Notes under the pieces: generated by a model | Told to the model about the DNA's origin: nothing | What the model saw: only the letters and a program-made list of their open reading frames with translations | Databases searched by the model: none | Shown here: positions 13,845-28,261 of the stretch, in pieces | How positions within the stretch are numbered: position 1 is the stretch's first letter | Layout: the number at the start of each line of letters is the position of its first letter | From: Mobula hypostoma | Taxonomy: Eukaryota | Assembly: GCF_963921235.1 (NCBI RefSeq) | Contig: NC_086101.1 | Span: 9,178,001 to 9,242,000, forward strand | Direction: 5' to 3' | DNA: 64,000 nucleotides | Program-made: the position numbers and the translations under genes

Positions 13845-15099
13845 GATATACACACGGATTGGTCTTCCACCGCAGTCTGTAGCAGAGCATTCCACAGATT
13901 TACTACCCTCTGGCTAAAAAAAAAAATCCTCCTTACCTCTGTTCTAAAGGGTCACCGTCAATTTATGAGGCTGTGCCCTCTAGTTCTGGATATCCCCGCC
14001 ATAGGAAACATTCTCTCCACATTCACCCTATCTAGTCCTTTCATCACTCGATAGGCTTCAATCATATCCTTCCCCCACCCGCCTCCACCATTCTTCTAAA
14101 TTCCAGTGAGCACAGGCCCAAAGCTGCAAAACGCTCCCCATATGTTAACCCCTTCATTCCCAGAATCATCCTCGTGAACCTCCTCTGGACTCTCTCCAAT
14201 GACAACACATCCTTTCTGAGATATGGGGCCCCACACTGTTATCTATACTCAAAGTGCGACCTGAGTAGTGTCTTACAAACGATCTGCATTATCTCCTTGC
14301 TTTTATATTTTATTCGCCTTGAAATAAATGCCAATATTGCATTTGCCGCCTTTACCACAGACTCAATCTGTAAGTTAGCGGTATAACCGCCTCTGCCTTC
14401 CTGCCTGTCCTTTCGAAACAAAGTAGATCCTTTGTTATCTCCCAACTATGGCCTTCTTTCGCCACGACTCAGTGATGCCCATAACGTCATACCGACCAAT
14501 CTCTAATTACCGCACAACTTCATCCACCTTATTCCGAATCTTGCAGTCTTGCATTCTTCGCCCTTTTGACCTTTGCCTCTGTGGTACAATTCAACCGTTT
14601 GCTCATTTGTGACCAATGATGATATAGGAATAAAGAAAGAGAAAGGGACAGTCAGTCAGAGACAAGGGGGAGAAAGAGACCTTTCCTTCACTAGCGCTGC
14701 GTTAGCTGTTTTGCAAGTAACCAGGGAAATACGAGGAAGTCAGCAACGAGCGGGAATACCAGATTTCCAAAGAGCCTTTAATTCAGCTGCTTCCCAAACG
14801 GCTAAACCGTGTTTGTGGATCGAGCCGCTGTTTCAGAACCGACCAGGCGGCAAGTGGGGAATCAGAACACTATATGAGGCGGAAGGGACTTACAGGATAG
14901 GCCGAGGGAAACCACTTCCACCCCGTGACTCCAGTCCAGAACAAGGAAAACCGGATCTTCCACTGGAACCGGATCGTACATGGGTGAAATTAGGAAGCTT
15001 CTTCACACGAAAGGCTGCGGAAATCAGGACTTAACCGAAGAGCTAATCGTGTTCCAGTCCGTGGTGTAGAATTCCAGTCCTTGTATTCCGCAGTCACTC

Positions 15100-15738
15100 A
15101 GTCATTGGAGCATGGACACAACTACTGCCACTCTTGTGTCACACAGTACTGGGAGACGGAGGAGAGAAACTCCTGCCCGGAATGTAGAGAGGTGTTTGCG
15201 GACCGCACCCTCAGGGTCAATCAGGCTTCAGCAAGACTGGTTGAAAAAGCTCAAAAATGAAATCTGTATCTGAGAGAGTGGGAAAGCGAGGAACATGGGG
15301 AAGAACTAAAGGTGTCTTGTGAAACCGACAAGATGCTGATCTGCAAACGCGAAAAAACCTGCAGATGCTGGAATTTCAAGCAACACGCACAAAAAATGCT
15401 GATGAACGCAGCAGGCCAGGCAGCTGGTGAACGTCGACGGTACCTCTTCCTATAGATGCTGCCTGGCCTGCTGTATTCACCAGTATCTGTGTGATTTGGG
15501 CAGCTTCGCGGGAACACAGAGCACCGCCTCCGGACGATTAAAGAAAGCGTCGAAATTTACAAGGTAAAAGTAACCCGCTTTAGATCGTCTGTTTATGTTG
15601 TGCCATCTTTCTGTCTTATCAATTCACTCTTTAATTCCTCGGCCCGGGTTAAATCTTCCTTAGACTCTTTCACAAAAAAAGAAATCAGACTTCGAGGAAA
15701 TGGAGCAGCAACAGAAAGAGAAGATTGCTGGACTCCGG
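15100..15738 (+). pseudogene. TRIM pseudogene, exons 1-2 (RING/B-box/coil)
   Basis: EHGHNYCHSCVTQYWETEERNSCPECREVFADRTLRVN is homologous to exon 1 of the intact gene. It carries a TGA at 15258-15260 and an insertion at 15344-15484, and keeps the donor AAG|GTAAAA at 15563. The exon 2 copy (15642-15738) is 97 nt (+1 A) and has lost both splice sites. Confidence 0.9.
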
Positions 15739-15949
15739 GAGAGGCATTCTTATTTATGAGAGACTATTAAGTTGACATTTGACAACTTAGATTTATTCCG
15801 CATTAGCCTCATATACAGGTAGGCATCACTGTCACGTGGTCAGCGGGAGCTTGCAGACTCCAGAACACACCTGCACAGGGGCAAATGCAACTAATAGATG
15901 GGACTGTCAACCGTCTTGCTGAAGGTCATTTGGACAATGTTGAAAAGTG

Positions 15950-17870
15950 TGACAAATACAGATCTAAAGGTGTTATATCTGAATGTACCGGTATATCAAA
16001 TAAGCTAGATGATGTTGTAGCGCAGTTATAGCTTGGCAGGTACAATGCTGTGGACAGCACTGAGTTGTGATTGAAAGGAGATCATAGTTTGAAGCTGAAC
16101 ACTCAAGGATACACCTTGACTTGAAAGGACAGGCAGGCAGACAGTGGGGCTGGGGATGTTCTGTTAGTAAAATAATTAAAGCAAATCCTTAGAGAGAAGT
16201 GACATCGGACTGAAAGGTACAGAATCAATGTGGGAAGAGTTACGAAACTGCTGTGGTAAAAATATACCGATGGTAGTTAAGCACAGCCCTCCAAATAGCA
16301 CTCGGGATATAGGATCCAAATTACAATCGGAGATAGAACAAGCTTGTAAAAAGGACAATGTAACCATAAGAACGGCTCTTTCAAAATGCAGGTAGATTGG
16401 GCAAAATCAGGTTGTTGCTACATACCAAGAGGAGTTTGTAGAATGCCTACGAGGTGGGTTTTTAGAGCAGCTTGTGCTTGAGTCCACTAGGGGAAATTCA
16501 ATTCTAGACTGGGTGTTGTGTATTGAGCTAGATTTGATTCGGGAGCTTGAAAGGTCTGAAGGTAGATAAATCACCTGGCCCAGCTGGACTACACCCCAGT
16601 GTTCAGCAAGAGGTAAGTAAAGAGATTGTGGAGGCATTAGTAATGATCTTTCAAGGATCACTAGATTCTGGAATCAATCAAGAAGACTGGAAAATTGCAA
16701 AGGTCACTCCACTCTTTCAGAAGAGAGAGAGGCAGAAGACAGGAAGTTAATGGCTAGTTAGTCTGTTTTCAGTGAAATAGTTAGCATAGATGTGGTGTGC
16801 TTGGGAAGTTGTTGGAGTCCATTATTACGGATAAGCTTTCATGTACATGGAGGCACATGATAAAATCGGTCAAAGTCAGCATGATTTCCTTGAAGACAAA
16901 TCTTGTCTGAGAAACCTATGGAATTCATTACGGAACCAACAGGCAACATAGACACAGAATGATTTGGATGACAGAATTGATGCTTTGTGGTCAGGTTTGC
17001 GGACGGTATGAAGACAGGTGAAGGGGCAAGTAGTATTAAGCAAGCAGGGAGTCTGCAGATAGACACAGGGAGATCAGGAAAATGGGCAAAGAAGTGGCAG
17101 ATCGACTGTAGTGTAGGGAAATTGTTGACGCACTTTGGTACAAGAATAAAGATATGAGTATTTTCTAAATAGAGAGAAAATTCAAAAATCAGAAGCACAA
17201 AGGGATTTGGGAGTCCTTCGGCAGAATTCCCTAAAGGTTCAATTGCAGTTTGAGTCAGTGGTAAGAATGCAAAATGCATTGTTAGCAATAATTTGGAGAG
17301 GACTAGAATATATGAGGAAGGATGTAATGCTGAGACTTTATAAGACATTGGTCATCACACTTGAGTACTGCGAGCAGTTTTGGGCCGGTTATCAAGCAAA
17401 AGATGTGCTTGCATTGGACAGGTTCCAGAGGAGATTCATAAAAATGCTCCCGGGAATGAAAGGGTTTACCTTTGAGAAGCATTTTGATGTTTCTGGGCCA
17501 AGACTCGCCGGAGGTTAGAAGAATGGGAGGGGATCTTCCTGAAACCTATCGAATATTGAAAGGTTTGGGTAGAGTTGATGAGGGAAGATGAGGGAGTCAA
17601 AGATCATAGGACATAGAATTAAACTAGAGGGATATCTATTTAGAACAGAGGTGAGAAGGATTTCTTTTAGCCACAGGATAGTGAATCTGCCACAGACAGC
17701 TGTGGAGGTCAACTCATTGAGTAGATTTAAAGCGGAAGTTGATTGGTCTTTGAATATTCAGGGCAACACAAGTTACGGGGAGAAGGCAGGAGAATAGGAG
17801 GGGGATTATAAATCAGCCACGATTGAATAGCGGAGCTGAGTAGACTAATTCTGTTCCTATGTCTTATGAT
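15950..17870 (+). mobile_element. Degraded CR1 LINE ORF2 (EN to 3' end, internally deleted)
   Basis: LKVLYLN, KVDKSPGPAGLHP, QEDWKIAKVTPLFQK and MLRLYKTLV motifs with many stops. Confidence 0.85.
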
Positions 17871-19189
17871 CTTCTGTCTACCACCCTGTCCTGGTCAATC
17901 CTCTCTGTCACCTGTTCAAATCAAAGTTGTGTGATGTGATTTTCTCTATGCACAACACAGTTCTGATGGTCCCTAATCAATCCTTGACTTTCAAAATGCT
18001 GTTCGATCCTCTCTGTCAGAATCTTTCCTACCATTGATATTGGGCTCAGTGGCCTGGAGCTCCCTGGCTTGAGCTTCCAGTCCTTCCTCACTAAAGGCTC
18101 CAACTGAGCCAAACCCAGTCTTCCAGCAGCTCACCCGAGGAGAAATGTCAAGGAAATATTTCAGCAGGGTCCCTGCAAATTCCCTGATCTAATGATGGAC
18201 TGTGCGATTGGGGTTGTGGGAAAGGCAATAAATGGGTCCTCATCACCCAGATTTGCCACTCCACCTTCTATTTCCATCTACATATACAGTTCTCCCACAG
18301 GCAACCCACCTCTCCCCAACCTGCCATTCATCTCTCCCCAGTGGTTCCCACTATCACCTCCTTTACTGTCTCGAACCTTCACACTCCTCCACCCTCACCG
18401 AAACCCTGCTCTGTCTTCCTCTTTCTTTTCTCTCTCTATGTCTACCTCTGTCTGTAATTAACCTATTCTCTCCCACCCCAGTGAACAACCCACTCCCCCC
18501 ACGCCTCCAGCAACCCGCCCACCGTCTTTCACCCCTCCCCAGTCCGCAGTCACCCCAGACTCGTGTCTCATCTCTCCCCTTCTCCTCTGTAAACCAGCAT
18601 CTCCCCTCTCCACTCTCAATCCTGATGTAGGGTTTCGATCTGAAATGTTGACAGTCCCCTTCCTCCCACAGATGCTGCCCAACCCGCTGAGTTCCTCCAG
18701 CAGATTGTGTGAGGCCTGATTATTGGATATATTTCAGGTGGAGCTAGAGATAATTCTGAAATTTCGATGACTCGAGGTGTTGCCGACTGGTACAGAAAAG
18801 GAATTGATGCCGGGATCGATCAGTCACTGTCACATTGAATGAAGGGCCTGTTCCTGTGTTGTGCTGTTTATGTTCTCTGTCCCCTATTCAGAAGAATGAG
18901 AGGAGATCTCAGGGAAACACAACATTCATTCAGGGCTCAACAGGCAAGGTGCGGGCAGGTTATTTCCCCTGTCTGAGGAGTCGAGGATTAGGGGTCGCTG
19001 TCTCAGGATGGGGTGGACCCTCAGAGGATGGTGTGTATGGAATTCTCTGCACCGGAGGCTGTGGGGTCTCAGTCATTCAGTTCATTTAAAGTCACAGAGT
19101 GATCGTCATACACCACAGAAGTGGGCCCTTCGACCTGTCCCCTCTCTGCTGACCTATTTACCATCTACACTCATCCACTGACTGTTGGG

Positions 19190-20330
19190 TGTGGGTATGA
19201 CCCATCGGGGCACAGCAGCTGCTGGCACCTTGGCCACCTCTGAAGCACATCAGGGAATGGTTACGACAGACATTGTGGTAGTTACAGGGGACTCGATAGT
19301 TCGGGGGACAGAGGAGAGTCTGTGGCTGCAAAAAGAGACACTGGGATGTTGTGCTGCCTCCCAGATGCTGGGGTCCAGGATGTATCAGAGCAGCTGCAGG
19401 ATATTCTCAAGGGGAAGAGTAAACAGCCTGAGGTTATGGTGCATATTGGCACCATTGACATAGCGGAAAGGGGGAAATGGTCCTCAGCGGTGAGTATATA
19501 GAGTTAGAAAAGGGGCTGAAGAGAAGGAGCTCTAGGGTAGTAATCTCTGGATTACTCCCCGTGGCATGGGCTAGTGCAGGTAGGAATGGGGTAATAGCAT
19601 GGATGAATGAGTGGCTGAGGAGATGGGGCAGGGGACACGGTTTCAAGTTCTTGGATCATCGGAACCTTTTCTGGGAAAGGCTAACCTGTACATGAGGGAC
19701 CGGGTGCCCTTGAACTGGAGGGGAACCAATATCATGGCCAGGAGGTTTGAAAATGCTAGTCTGGAGAATTTAAACTTGTTTTGCAGGGGGTTGGAAGGAC
19801 CGGACCAGAAGGTGGATATCAGGGAAAGTATTGAAAGGGATGATGGTTCAGACAGTTTGAAATGTGTGTATTTTATTGCAAGGAGTATTATGAGTAAGGG
19901 TGATGAACTTAGAGCAAACATCAGTACGTGGAACTACGAAGTTGTAGCCATTACTGAAACTTGGTTGAGAGAGGGGCAAGAATGGGTAATGTAGCAGGTT
20001 TTCGAAGTTGTAGAAAAAATAGAGAAGGAGGTAAAGGAAGGGGTAGAATTGCACGACTAATCAGGGACGATTTTACAGCTACACTCAAGAAAGACATAAT
20101 GGAGGGGACAGACATCGAGTTCATTTGGGTAGAATTCAGGAAAAGGAAGGGTGAAATCAGACTGATGGGATTGTACTACATACACGCTTATAGCCAGTGG
20201 GACATTGAGGGACAGTTATGTATCAGATTAAGGAAATGTGTAAAAATAATAGGGTTATAGTCATGTCATGGAGGATTTAAATTTCCCTCAAATAAACTGG
20301 GACCTTCTTAGTGTAAGGGGTTCAGATGGG
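19190..20330 (+). mobile_element. CR1 ORF1 (SGNH esterase-like) plus ORF2 endonuclease start
   Basis: VVTGDSIVRGT and RRSSRVVISGLLP, then LKCVYFIARSIMSKGDEL and AITETWL. Confidence 0.85.
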
Positions 20331-20646
20331 ACAGACTGTTTGGTTATCTCCCCTCTTTCTATTCTCGAGGAAAGATCTCGACCTAAAACTGTACATCTCC
20401 CTCCGAGCATGCTGATTGACCCGCTGAGTTCCTCCATCACTTTGCGTGTGTTGATCGTGAAAATTCTCCCCTCCATGTCGGAGGAAAAATCTTGGAAAGA
20501 TACTAGTTGTCCATCCCCAGGAACGGTTCCTCTAGCCCACCCTACTCTGCCCGGAGCCCAGCGGCCTTTTCCCCGGTCCCGGGGTCGCGTTACCCGAGTT
20601 TCCTCCCGATCCCCAGGGACTTGCTAATTCTCTGCTTCTTCCCCAG

Positions 20647-20950
20647 TCTCTGTCACCTTGGATGTGGAAACGGCGCATTCGGAGCTCGATATGTCTGAGG
20701 ATCGGAAGAGTGGGAGATGGAACAGGACCCGGAGGAATCTCCCTGCAACCGGAATGTGTGCTGGAATCGGAGGGATTTACATCGGAGAGACATTACTGGG
20801 AGGTGGACGTGTGTGGGGAGTCGGTATTGGAGGCCAGGAGTCTTAGCAGAGTCTGTGGAGAGGAAGGTATGGGTCGGAATGAGTCCGGAGACCGGATTCT
20901 GGAGCATCAGGCGGGTCAATCACGTGAACAGTGTTCCCGACTCCCCTGTA
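20647..20950 (+). pseudogene. TRIM pseudogene, truncated and frameshifted PRY/SPRY exon
   Basis: ttccccag|TCTCTGTCACCTTGGATGTGGAAACGGCGCAT. Pieces DVETAHSELDMSEDRKS, GFTSERHYWEVDV and AESVERK...SPETGFWSI lie in different frames. Upstream intron sequence (about 20490-20646) is homologous to 42521-42700. Confidence 0.9.
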
Positions 20951-23234
20951 GGAGCTGGGAGGTGGAAGAGGTAACCTGCTGAAGAAGGAATTTGATAGGA
21001 GACGACAGTGAACCATGGGAGATGGGGAAGGAGCAGGGACACCAGAGGAGGTGATGGGTAGGTGAGGAGAAGAGAATGTCTGAGTGGGTAACCAGAAAAG
21101 GAATGAAAATTGGGGAAGTGGGGAGAAATTTAACGGAAGCTAGAGAAATCGGCATATCAGTCGTCTCCTCCTCCTCCAGCCCACTGGCCAGCTCCTTCTC
21201 CCTGCATCATCTCACACTTGCCTGCATTAAATTCCAGCTGCCATTTTTCAGCCTCCAACCAATCCCGGTCGAAGTGATCATCCAGATCGTTGATATAGAT
21301 GTCAAACAACAAAGGACCCAGCGCCAGTTCCTGCAGCACACCACAAGTCACAGAGGAAACCATCTACTATTCTGTCTTCTCCCGCTCAGCCAATGTTGAT
21401 ACAATTTCTTGCTTCATCCTGAATTCTTTCTAATTATATTGTGGATCTTATTATCGTGTCGGCCCTTCTTGTTTCATTTGAATTCAGCCCCCATTATCAC
21501 ACTGACGTCTAATTTATTCCATATTCTATCTCCATTTAGCAGCTTTCAAATACTTCCTTGCATTACTTGTAATTACTTCGGGCAAAACGTTTTTCATTGC
21601 AGTCTCTTGTCAGTCAAAGCATTGAGCGCAAGCCAAGGTTACGCATCAAATAACACGCCAGGCGCAATGAAAAGGCAGCCTACAAGGAATTTCGCAAACC
21701 TTCTCCGGTTGGGTCTGCCAGTAAGTTCAAAACTTCAAAGTAAATGTATTATCTAAGTCTGTATATGTCACCATATACTATCTTGACTGAGATTTATTTT
21801 GTTACGGACATTCACAGTAGGTATGTAGAAACACAACGGAGTCAATGAAAACTATGCACAAACAAAGACTGGTAAGCAATGAATGTACAGTTAAAATAAT
21901 AAATTCATACATAAATAATTCTGAGAATATGAGATGTAGGGTCCTTGAAAGTGAGTTCATGGTTTGTGTAATCAGTTCAGCGTTGAGCTCAGTGAAGTTG
22001 GCCGCATCGGTTCAGGAGCCTGATGGTTGACAAGGAGGGTAAAATCTCTTACTAACCCTGCGGGATCTAATGCTCTCCGGAGCAGGAGCCCCCAAGATTG
22101 TGGATTTTCCAGATACAAATCACAAGGGAGCGTAAGGAAGCACAAGGGGGTGTAAGTTTAGGTGACTGGAGGGAAGTATTGAGGGATGTCAGAAGTACGA
22201 GTTTTACTCAGAGTGGTGGGGATGTGGAACACACTGCCGGGGTGCTGGTAGAGGAAGATATATTTGGTGCATTTTAAAAACTCTTAGATAGGCACATGGA
22301 TGATAGAAAAAAGGGAAGGCTGTGTGTGTGTGTGGGGGGGAAGGGTTAGACTGATCTTGGGTTAAAGGACTGGCATGACATCATGGGCCGAAGGGCCTGT
22401 ACTATTTTGCTGAATTCTGTGTTCAAATCTCCAGATATTTCTTACTGTGCATCTATTCCATACATTGCTGTCTCACTGTATCACTCAGTCCCACCATAAC
22501 CCCCTTCACAAACCTTGCCAATTTCACCATACAAATTACTTCCCACTCCCGGATGACCAAATTTGCCAATTCCATCCGGCCCCATTCCTTAAACCTGGAT
22601 TCCCAAGACATACATTCCCAACCTGGCTGATCCCATTTTCCTCATTCCCAGACCCAACCAATCCCACCCTTTTCATTCCTGAGAACCTTCCCATTCCCAA
22701 AGTCCTTGTGGGGAAAGAGATGGGATGATGGCAGTTGGGTGATCAGGAAGAGGGAGAAAATTACAAAGAGCAAGTGACAGAGGGAAGAACACCATAAGTT
22801 TGAGAATTCGATGTTCATGCCGCCAGGTGCTGGCTGTCCAGGAAAACAAAAAGGAGCTTCTAACATACGAGACAAATTGTGCCAGGATTCCTACAAATAA
22901 TCTGCTCTTCGGTTTTGAACCCATTTTAACCACAGGAAATGCAAGAACGATGCAGCAAGTCAGTCAGGATCCATGGAAGGAGGAACAGCGTTCGCGTTCC
23001 CATGGATAAACCCCATAGAATTGTTTCAAACGCTGCCTGACCTGCTGCGGGTTTCAACTATTTTCCGTTTTATTTTAATTCTTCGATCATTTGATTCAAA
23101 CAAGATGCATCTGACACAAGAAATTCTGCAGATGGTGTAAATCTTGAACAATACATGCAAGTGCTGGATGAAATCGGCAAGTCAGGCAGCATCTGCGGAG
23201 GGGAATAAACAGTCGACGTTTCAGACTGAGACGA

Positions 23235-26200
23235 AGAAATTTTCGAATGGAAAACGAATGCAACCATGGTTAACAAGAGAAGTCAAAGCCAAAGTTAAAG
23301 CAAAGGAGAGGACGTACAAGGAGGCAAAAATTAATGGGAAGGCAGAGGATTGGAAAGTCTTTAAAAGCTTGCAAAAGGAAACTAAGAAGGTCATTAAGAG
23401 GGAAAAGATTAACTATGAAACTATTAACTATGTGGCTGGGATGAAAATAAGTGATGTTGAAAGTTCAAGCAAATCCGCTGATAGAAAGGTTGTGAGTGGT
23501 GGTAAAAATCTTCTGAGGTGTATATATTTCAATGCTAGGAGTATTGCGGGTAAGGCGGATGAGTTGAGGGCGTGGATTGACACGTGGAATTATGATGTTA
23601 TAGCAATTAGTGAAACTTGGCTACAGGAGGGGCAGGACTGGCAGCTTAATATTCCAGGGTTCCGATGTTTCAGATGTGATCGAGGCAAATGAATGGAAGG
23701 TGGGGGAGTAGCTTTGCTTGTTAGGGAAAATATTACAGCAGTGCTCAGGCAGAACATATTAGAGGGCTTGTCTACTGAGTCCTTATGGGTGGAGCTGAGA
23801 AACAGGAAAGGTATGGCCACATTAGTGGGATTGTATTACAGATCACCCAATAGTCAACGAGAATTCGAAGTGCAAATCTGCGGAGAGATAGCAGGCAACT
23901 GCAGGAAGCATAAAGTTGTGGTGGTAGGGGATTTTAATTTTCCATACATTGATTGGGACTCCCATACTGTTAGGGGTCTAGATGGTTTAGAGTTTGTAAA
24001 ATGCGTTCAGGAAAGTTTTCTAAATCAATATATAGAGGGACCAACTAAAGGGGATGCAATATTGGATGTCCTGTTAGGAAACGAGTTAGGACAAGTGACG
24101 GAAGTCTGTGTAGGGGAGCACTTTGGTTCCAGTGATCATGACACCATTAGTTTCAATTTGATCATGGACAAGGATAGATCTCGTCCTAGGGTTGAGGTTC
24201 TGAACTGGAAGAAGGCCAAATTTGAAGAAATGAGAAAGGATCTAAAAAGCGTGGATTGGGACAGGTTGTTCTCTGGCAAAGATGTGATTGGTAGGTGGGA
24301 AGCCTTCAAAGGGGAAATTTTGAGAGTGCAGAGTTTGTATGTTCCTGTCAGGATTAAAGGCAAATTGAATAGGAATAAGGAACCTTGGTTCTCAAGGGAT
24401 ATTGCAACTCTGATAAAGAAGAAGAGGGAGTTGTATGAAATGTATAGGAAACAGGGAGTAAATCAGGTGCTTCAGGAGTATAAGCAGTGCAAGAAAATAC
24501 TTAAGAAGGTAATCAGGAGGGCTAAAAGAAGACATGAGGTTGCCTTGGCAGTCAAAGTGAAGGATAATCCAAAGAACTTTTACAGGTATATTAAGAGCAA
24601 AAGGATTGTAAGGGATAAAATTGGTCCTCTTGAAGATCAGAGTGGTCAGCTATGTGCGGAACCAAGGGAAATGGGGGAGATCTTAAATAGATTTTTCGCG
24701 TCTGTATTTACTAAGGAAATTGGCATGAAATCTATGGAATTGAGGGAATCAAGTAGTGAGATCATGGAAACTGTACAGATTGAAAAGGAGGAGGTGCTTG
24801 CTGTCTTGAGGAAAATTAAAGTGGATAAATCCCCGGGACCTGACAGAGTGTTCCCTCGGACCATGCAGGAGACTAGTGTTGAAATTGCGGGGGCCCTGGC
24901 AGAAATATTTAAAATGTCGCTGTCTACGGGTGAGGTGCCAGAGGATTGGAGAGTGGCTCATGTTGTTCTGTTGTTTAAAAAAGGATCGAAAAGTAATCCG
25001 GGAAATTATAGGCCGGTGAGTTTAACGTCGATAGTAGGTAAGTTATTGGAGGGAGTACTAAGGGACTGAATCTACAAGCATTTGGATAGACAGGGACTTA
25101 TTAGGGAGAGTCAACATGGCTTTGTGCCTGGTAGGTCATGTTTGACCAATCAATTTATGTTTTTCGAGGAGGTTACCAGGAAAGTGGATGAAGGGAAGGC
25201 AGTGGATATTGTCTACATGGATTTCAGTAAGGCCTTTGCCAAGGTCCCGCATGGGAGGTTAGTTAGGAAAATTCAGTCGCTAGGTATACATGGAGAGGTG
25301 GTAAATTGGATTAGACATTGGCTCGATGGAAGAAGCCAAAGAGTGGTGGTAGAGAGTTGCTTCTCTAAGTGGAGGCCTGTGACTAGTGGTGTGCCACAGG
25401 GATCAGTGCTGGGTCCATTGTTATTTGTCATCTATATCAATGATCTGGATGATTATGTGGTAAATTGGATCAGCAAATTTGCTGATGATACAAAGATTGG
25501 AGATGTAGTAGACAGCGAGGAAGGTTTTCAGAGCCTGCAGAGGGACTTGGACCAGCTGGAAAAATGGGCTTAAAAATGGCAGATGGAGTTTAATACAAAC
25601 AAGTGTGAGGTATTGCACGTTGGAAGGACAAACCAAGGTAGAACATACAGGGTTAATGGTAAGGCACTGAGGAGTGCAGTAGAACAGAGGGATCTGGGAA
25701 TACAGATACAAAATTCCCTAGAAGTGGCGTCACAAGTAGCTAGGGTCGTAAAGGGAGCTTTTGGTACATTGGCCTTTATTAATCAAAGTATTGAGTATAA
25801 GAGCTGGAATGTTATAATGAGGTAGTATAAGGCATTGGTGAGGCCGAGTCTGGAGTATTGTGTTCAGTTTTGGTCACCAAGTTACAGGAAGGATATAAAT
25901 AAGGTTGAAAGAGTGCAGAGAAGGTTTACAAGGATGTTGCCAGGACTTGAGAAACTCAGTTACAGAGAAAGGTTGAATAGGTTAGGACTTTATTTCCTGG
26001 AGCGTAGAAGAATGAAGGGTGATTTGATAGAGGTATATAAAATTATGAAGGGTATTGATAGAGTGAATGCAAGTAGGCTTTTTCCACTGAGGCAAGGGGA
26101 GGAAAAAAACAGAGGACATGGGTTAAGGGTAAGGGGGAAAAGTTTAAAGGGAACATTAGGAGGGGCTTCTTCACACAGAGTGGTGGGAGTATGGAATGAG

Positions 26201-28260
26201 CTGCCAGACGAGGTGGTAAATGCGGGTTCTTTTGTAACATTTAAGAATGAATTGGACAGATACATGGATGGGAGGTGTATGGAGGGATATGGTCCGTGTG
26301 CAGGTCAGCGGGACTAGTGAGAAAATGGTTCAGCACAGCCAAGAAGGGTCAAAAGGCCTGTTTCTGTGTTGTAGTTTCTATGGTATGGTTTCTATTGAAG
26401 CAAGCAAATAATATCAAAGAGGATACTAAAAGCTTTTTCAAGTATATAAAAAGTAGAAGACAGGTGAAAGTAGATATAGGACCGATAGAAAATTATGCTG
26501 GAGAAATTGTAATGGGAGATGAGGAGATGGCAGAGGAACTGAACAAGTATTTTGCATCAGTCTTCACTGAGGAAGACAGCAGCATACCGGACACTCAAGG
26601 GTGGCAGGGAAGAGAAGTGTGCGCAGTCACAATTACGACAGAGAAAGTACTCAGGAAGCTGAATAGGCTAAAGGTAGATAAATCTCCTGGACCAGATGGA
26701 ATGCTCCCTCGTGTTCTGAAGGAAGTAGCTGTGGAGATTGCGGAGGCATTAGCAATGATCTTACAAAAGTCGATAGATTCTGGTATGGTTCTGGAGGACT
26801 GTAAGATTGCAAATGTCACTCCACTATTTAAGAAGGGGGCAAGGAAGCAAAAAGTAAATTATAGACCTGTTAGCTTGACATCCGTGGTTGGGAAGTTGTT
26901 GGAGTCGATTGTCAAGGATGAGGTTACAGAGTACCTGGAGGCATATGACAGGACGGGCAGAACTCAGCTTGGATTCCTTAAAGGAAAATCCTGCCTGACA
27001 AACCTATTACAATTTTTTGAGGAAATTACCAGTAGGCTAGACAAGGGAGATGCAGTGGATGTTGTATATTTGGATTTTCAGAAGGCCTTTGACAAGGTGC
27101 CACACATGAGACTACTTAACAAGATAAGAGCCCATGGAATTACGGGAAAGTTACATACGCGGATAGAGCGTTGGCTGATTGGCAGGAAACAGAGAGTGGC
27201 AATAAAGGGATCTTATTCCGGTTGGCTGCCAGTTACCAGTGGTTTTCCACAGGGGTCTGTGTTGGGGCTGCTTCTTTTTACATTGTACATCAACAATTTA
27301 GATTATGGAATAGATGGCTTTGTGGCTAAGTTTGCTGATGATACAAAGATAGTTGGAGGGGCCGGTAGTGCTGAGGAAATGTAGAGTCTGCTGAGAGACT
27401 TGGATAGATTGGGAGAATGGGCAGAGAAGTGGCAAATGAAATACAATGTTGGAAAGTGTATGGTTATGCACTTTGGCAGAAGAAATAAACGGACAGACTA
27501 TTATTTAAATGGGGAGAAAATTCAAAGTTCTGAGATGCAACGGGACTTGGGAGTCCTCGTACAGGATACCCTTAAGGTTAACCTCCAGGTTGACTCGGTG
27601 GTGAAGAAGGCGAATGCAATGTTGGCATTCATTTCTAAAGGAATAGAGTATAGGAACAGGGATGTGATGTTGCGGCTCTATAAGGCACTGGTTAGTCCTC
27701 ACTTGGAGTGCTGTGCGCAGTTTTGGGCTCCCTATTTAAGAAAGGATGTGCTGACGTTGGAGATGGTTCAGAAAAGATTCTCTAGAATGATTCCGGGAAT
27801 GAGAGGGTTAACATATGAGGAACGTTTGTCCGCTCTTGGACTGTATTCCTTGGAGTTTAGAAGAATGGGAGAGGGGGACCTCATAGAAACATTTCGAATA
27901 TTGAAAGGCATGGACAGAGTGGATGTGACAAAATTGTTTCCCATGGTGCGGGAGTCTACTACGAGAGGGCATGGCTTAAGGATTGAAGGGTGCCCATTCA
28001 GAACAGAGATGCGAAGAATTTTTTTATGCCAGAGGGTGGTGAATCTATGAAATTTGTTGCCACGGTCAGCAGTGGAGGCCAAGTCATTGGGTGTATTTAA
28101 GACAGAGGTTGATACGTATCTGAGAAGCCAGGGCATCAAAGGTTATGGTGAGAAGGTGGGGGAGTGGGACTAAGTAGGAGAATGGATCAGCTCATGATAA
28201 AATGGCGGAGCCGACTCGATAGGCCGAATGGCCGACTTCTGCTCCTTTGTCTTATGGACT
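23235..28260 (+). mobile_element. Host CR1 LINE (23235-23425 plus 26396-28260)
   Basis: PWLTREVKAKVK...REKINYE continues as (K)QANNIKEDTKSFFKYIK after the nested element, then RT and the 3' tail. Confidence 0.88.
23430..26392 (+). mobile_element. CR1 LINE, near-complete ORF2 (APE endonuclease + RT), nested in another CR1
   Basis: CIYFNARSI, AISETWL, GDFN, SDH, YMDFSKAF, PQGSVLGP and KFADD in one frame broken by a few stops (23690, 25067, 25571, 25823). Confidence 0.92.
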
Positions 28261-28261
28261 T

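Noticed and set aside
23693..28050. Long RT/endonuclease ORFs as functional genes
   Set aside because: These are two nested CR1 copies with in-frame stops and no intact ORF1 or 5' end.
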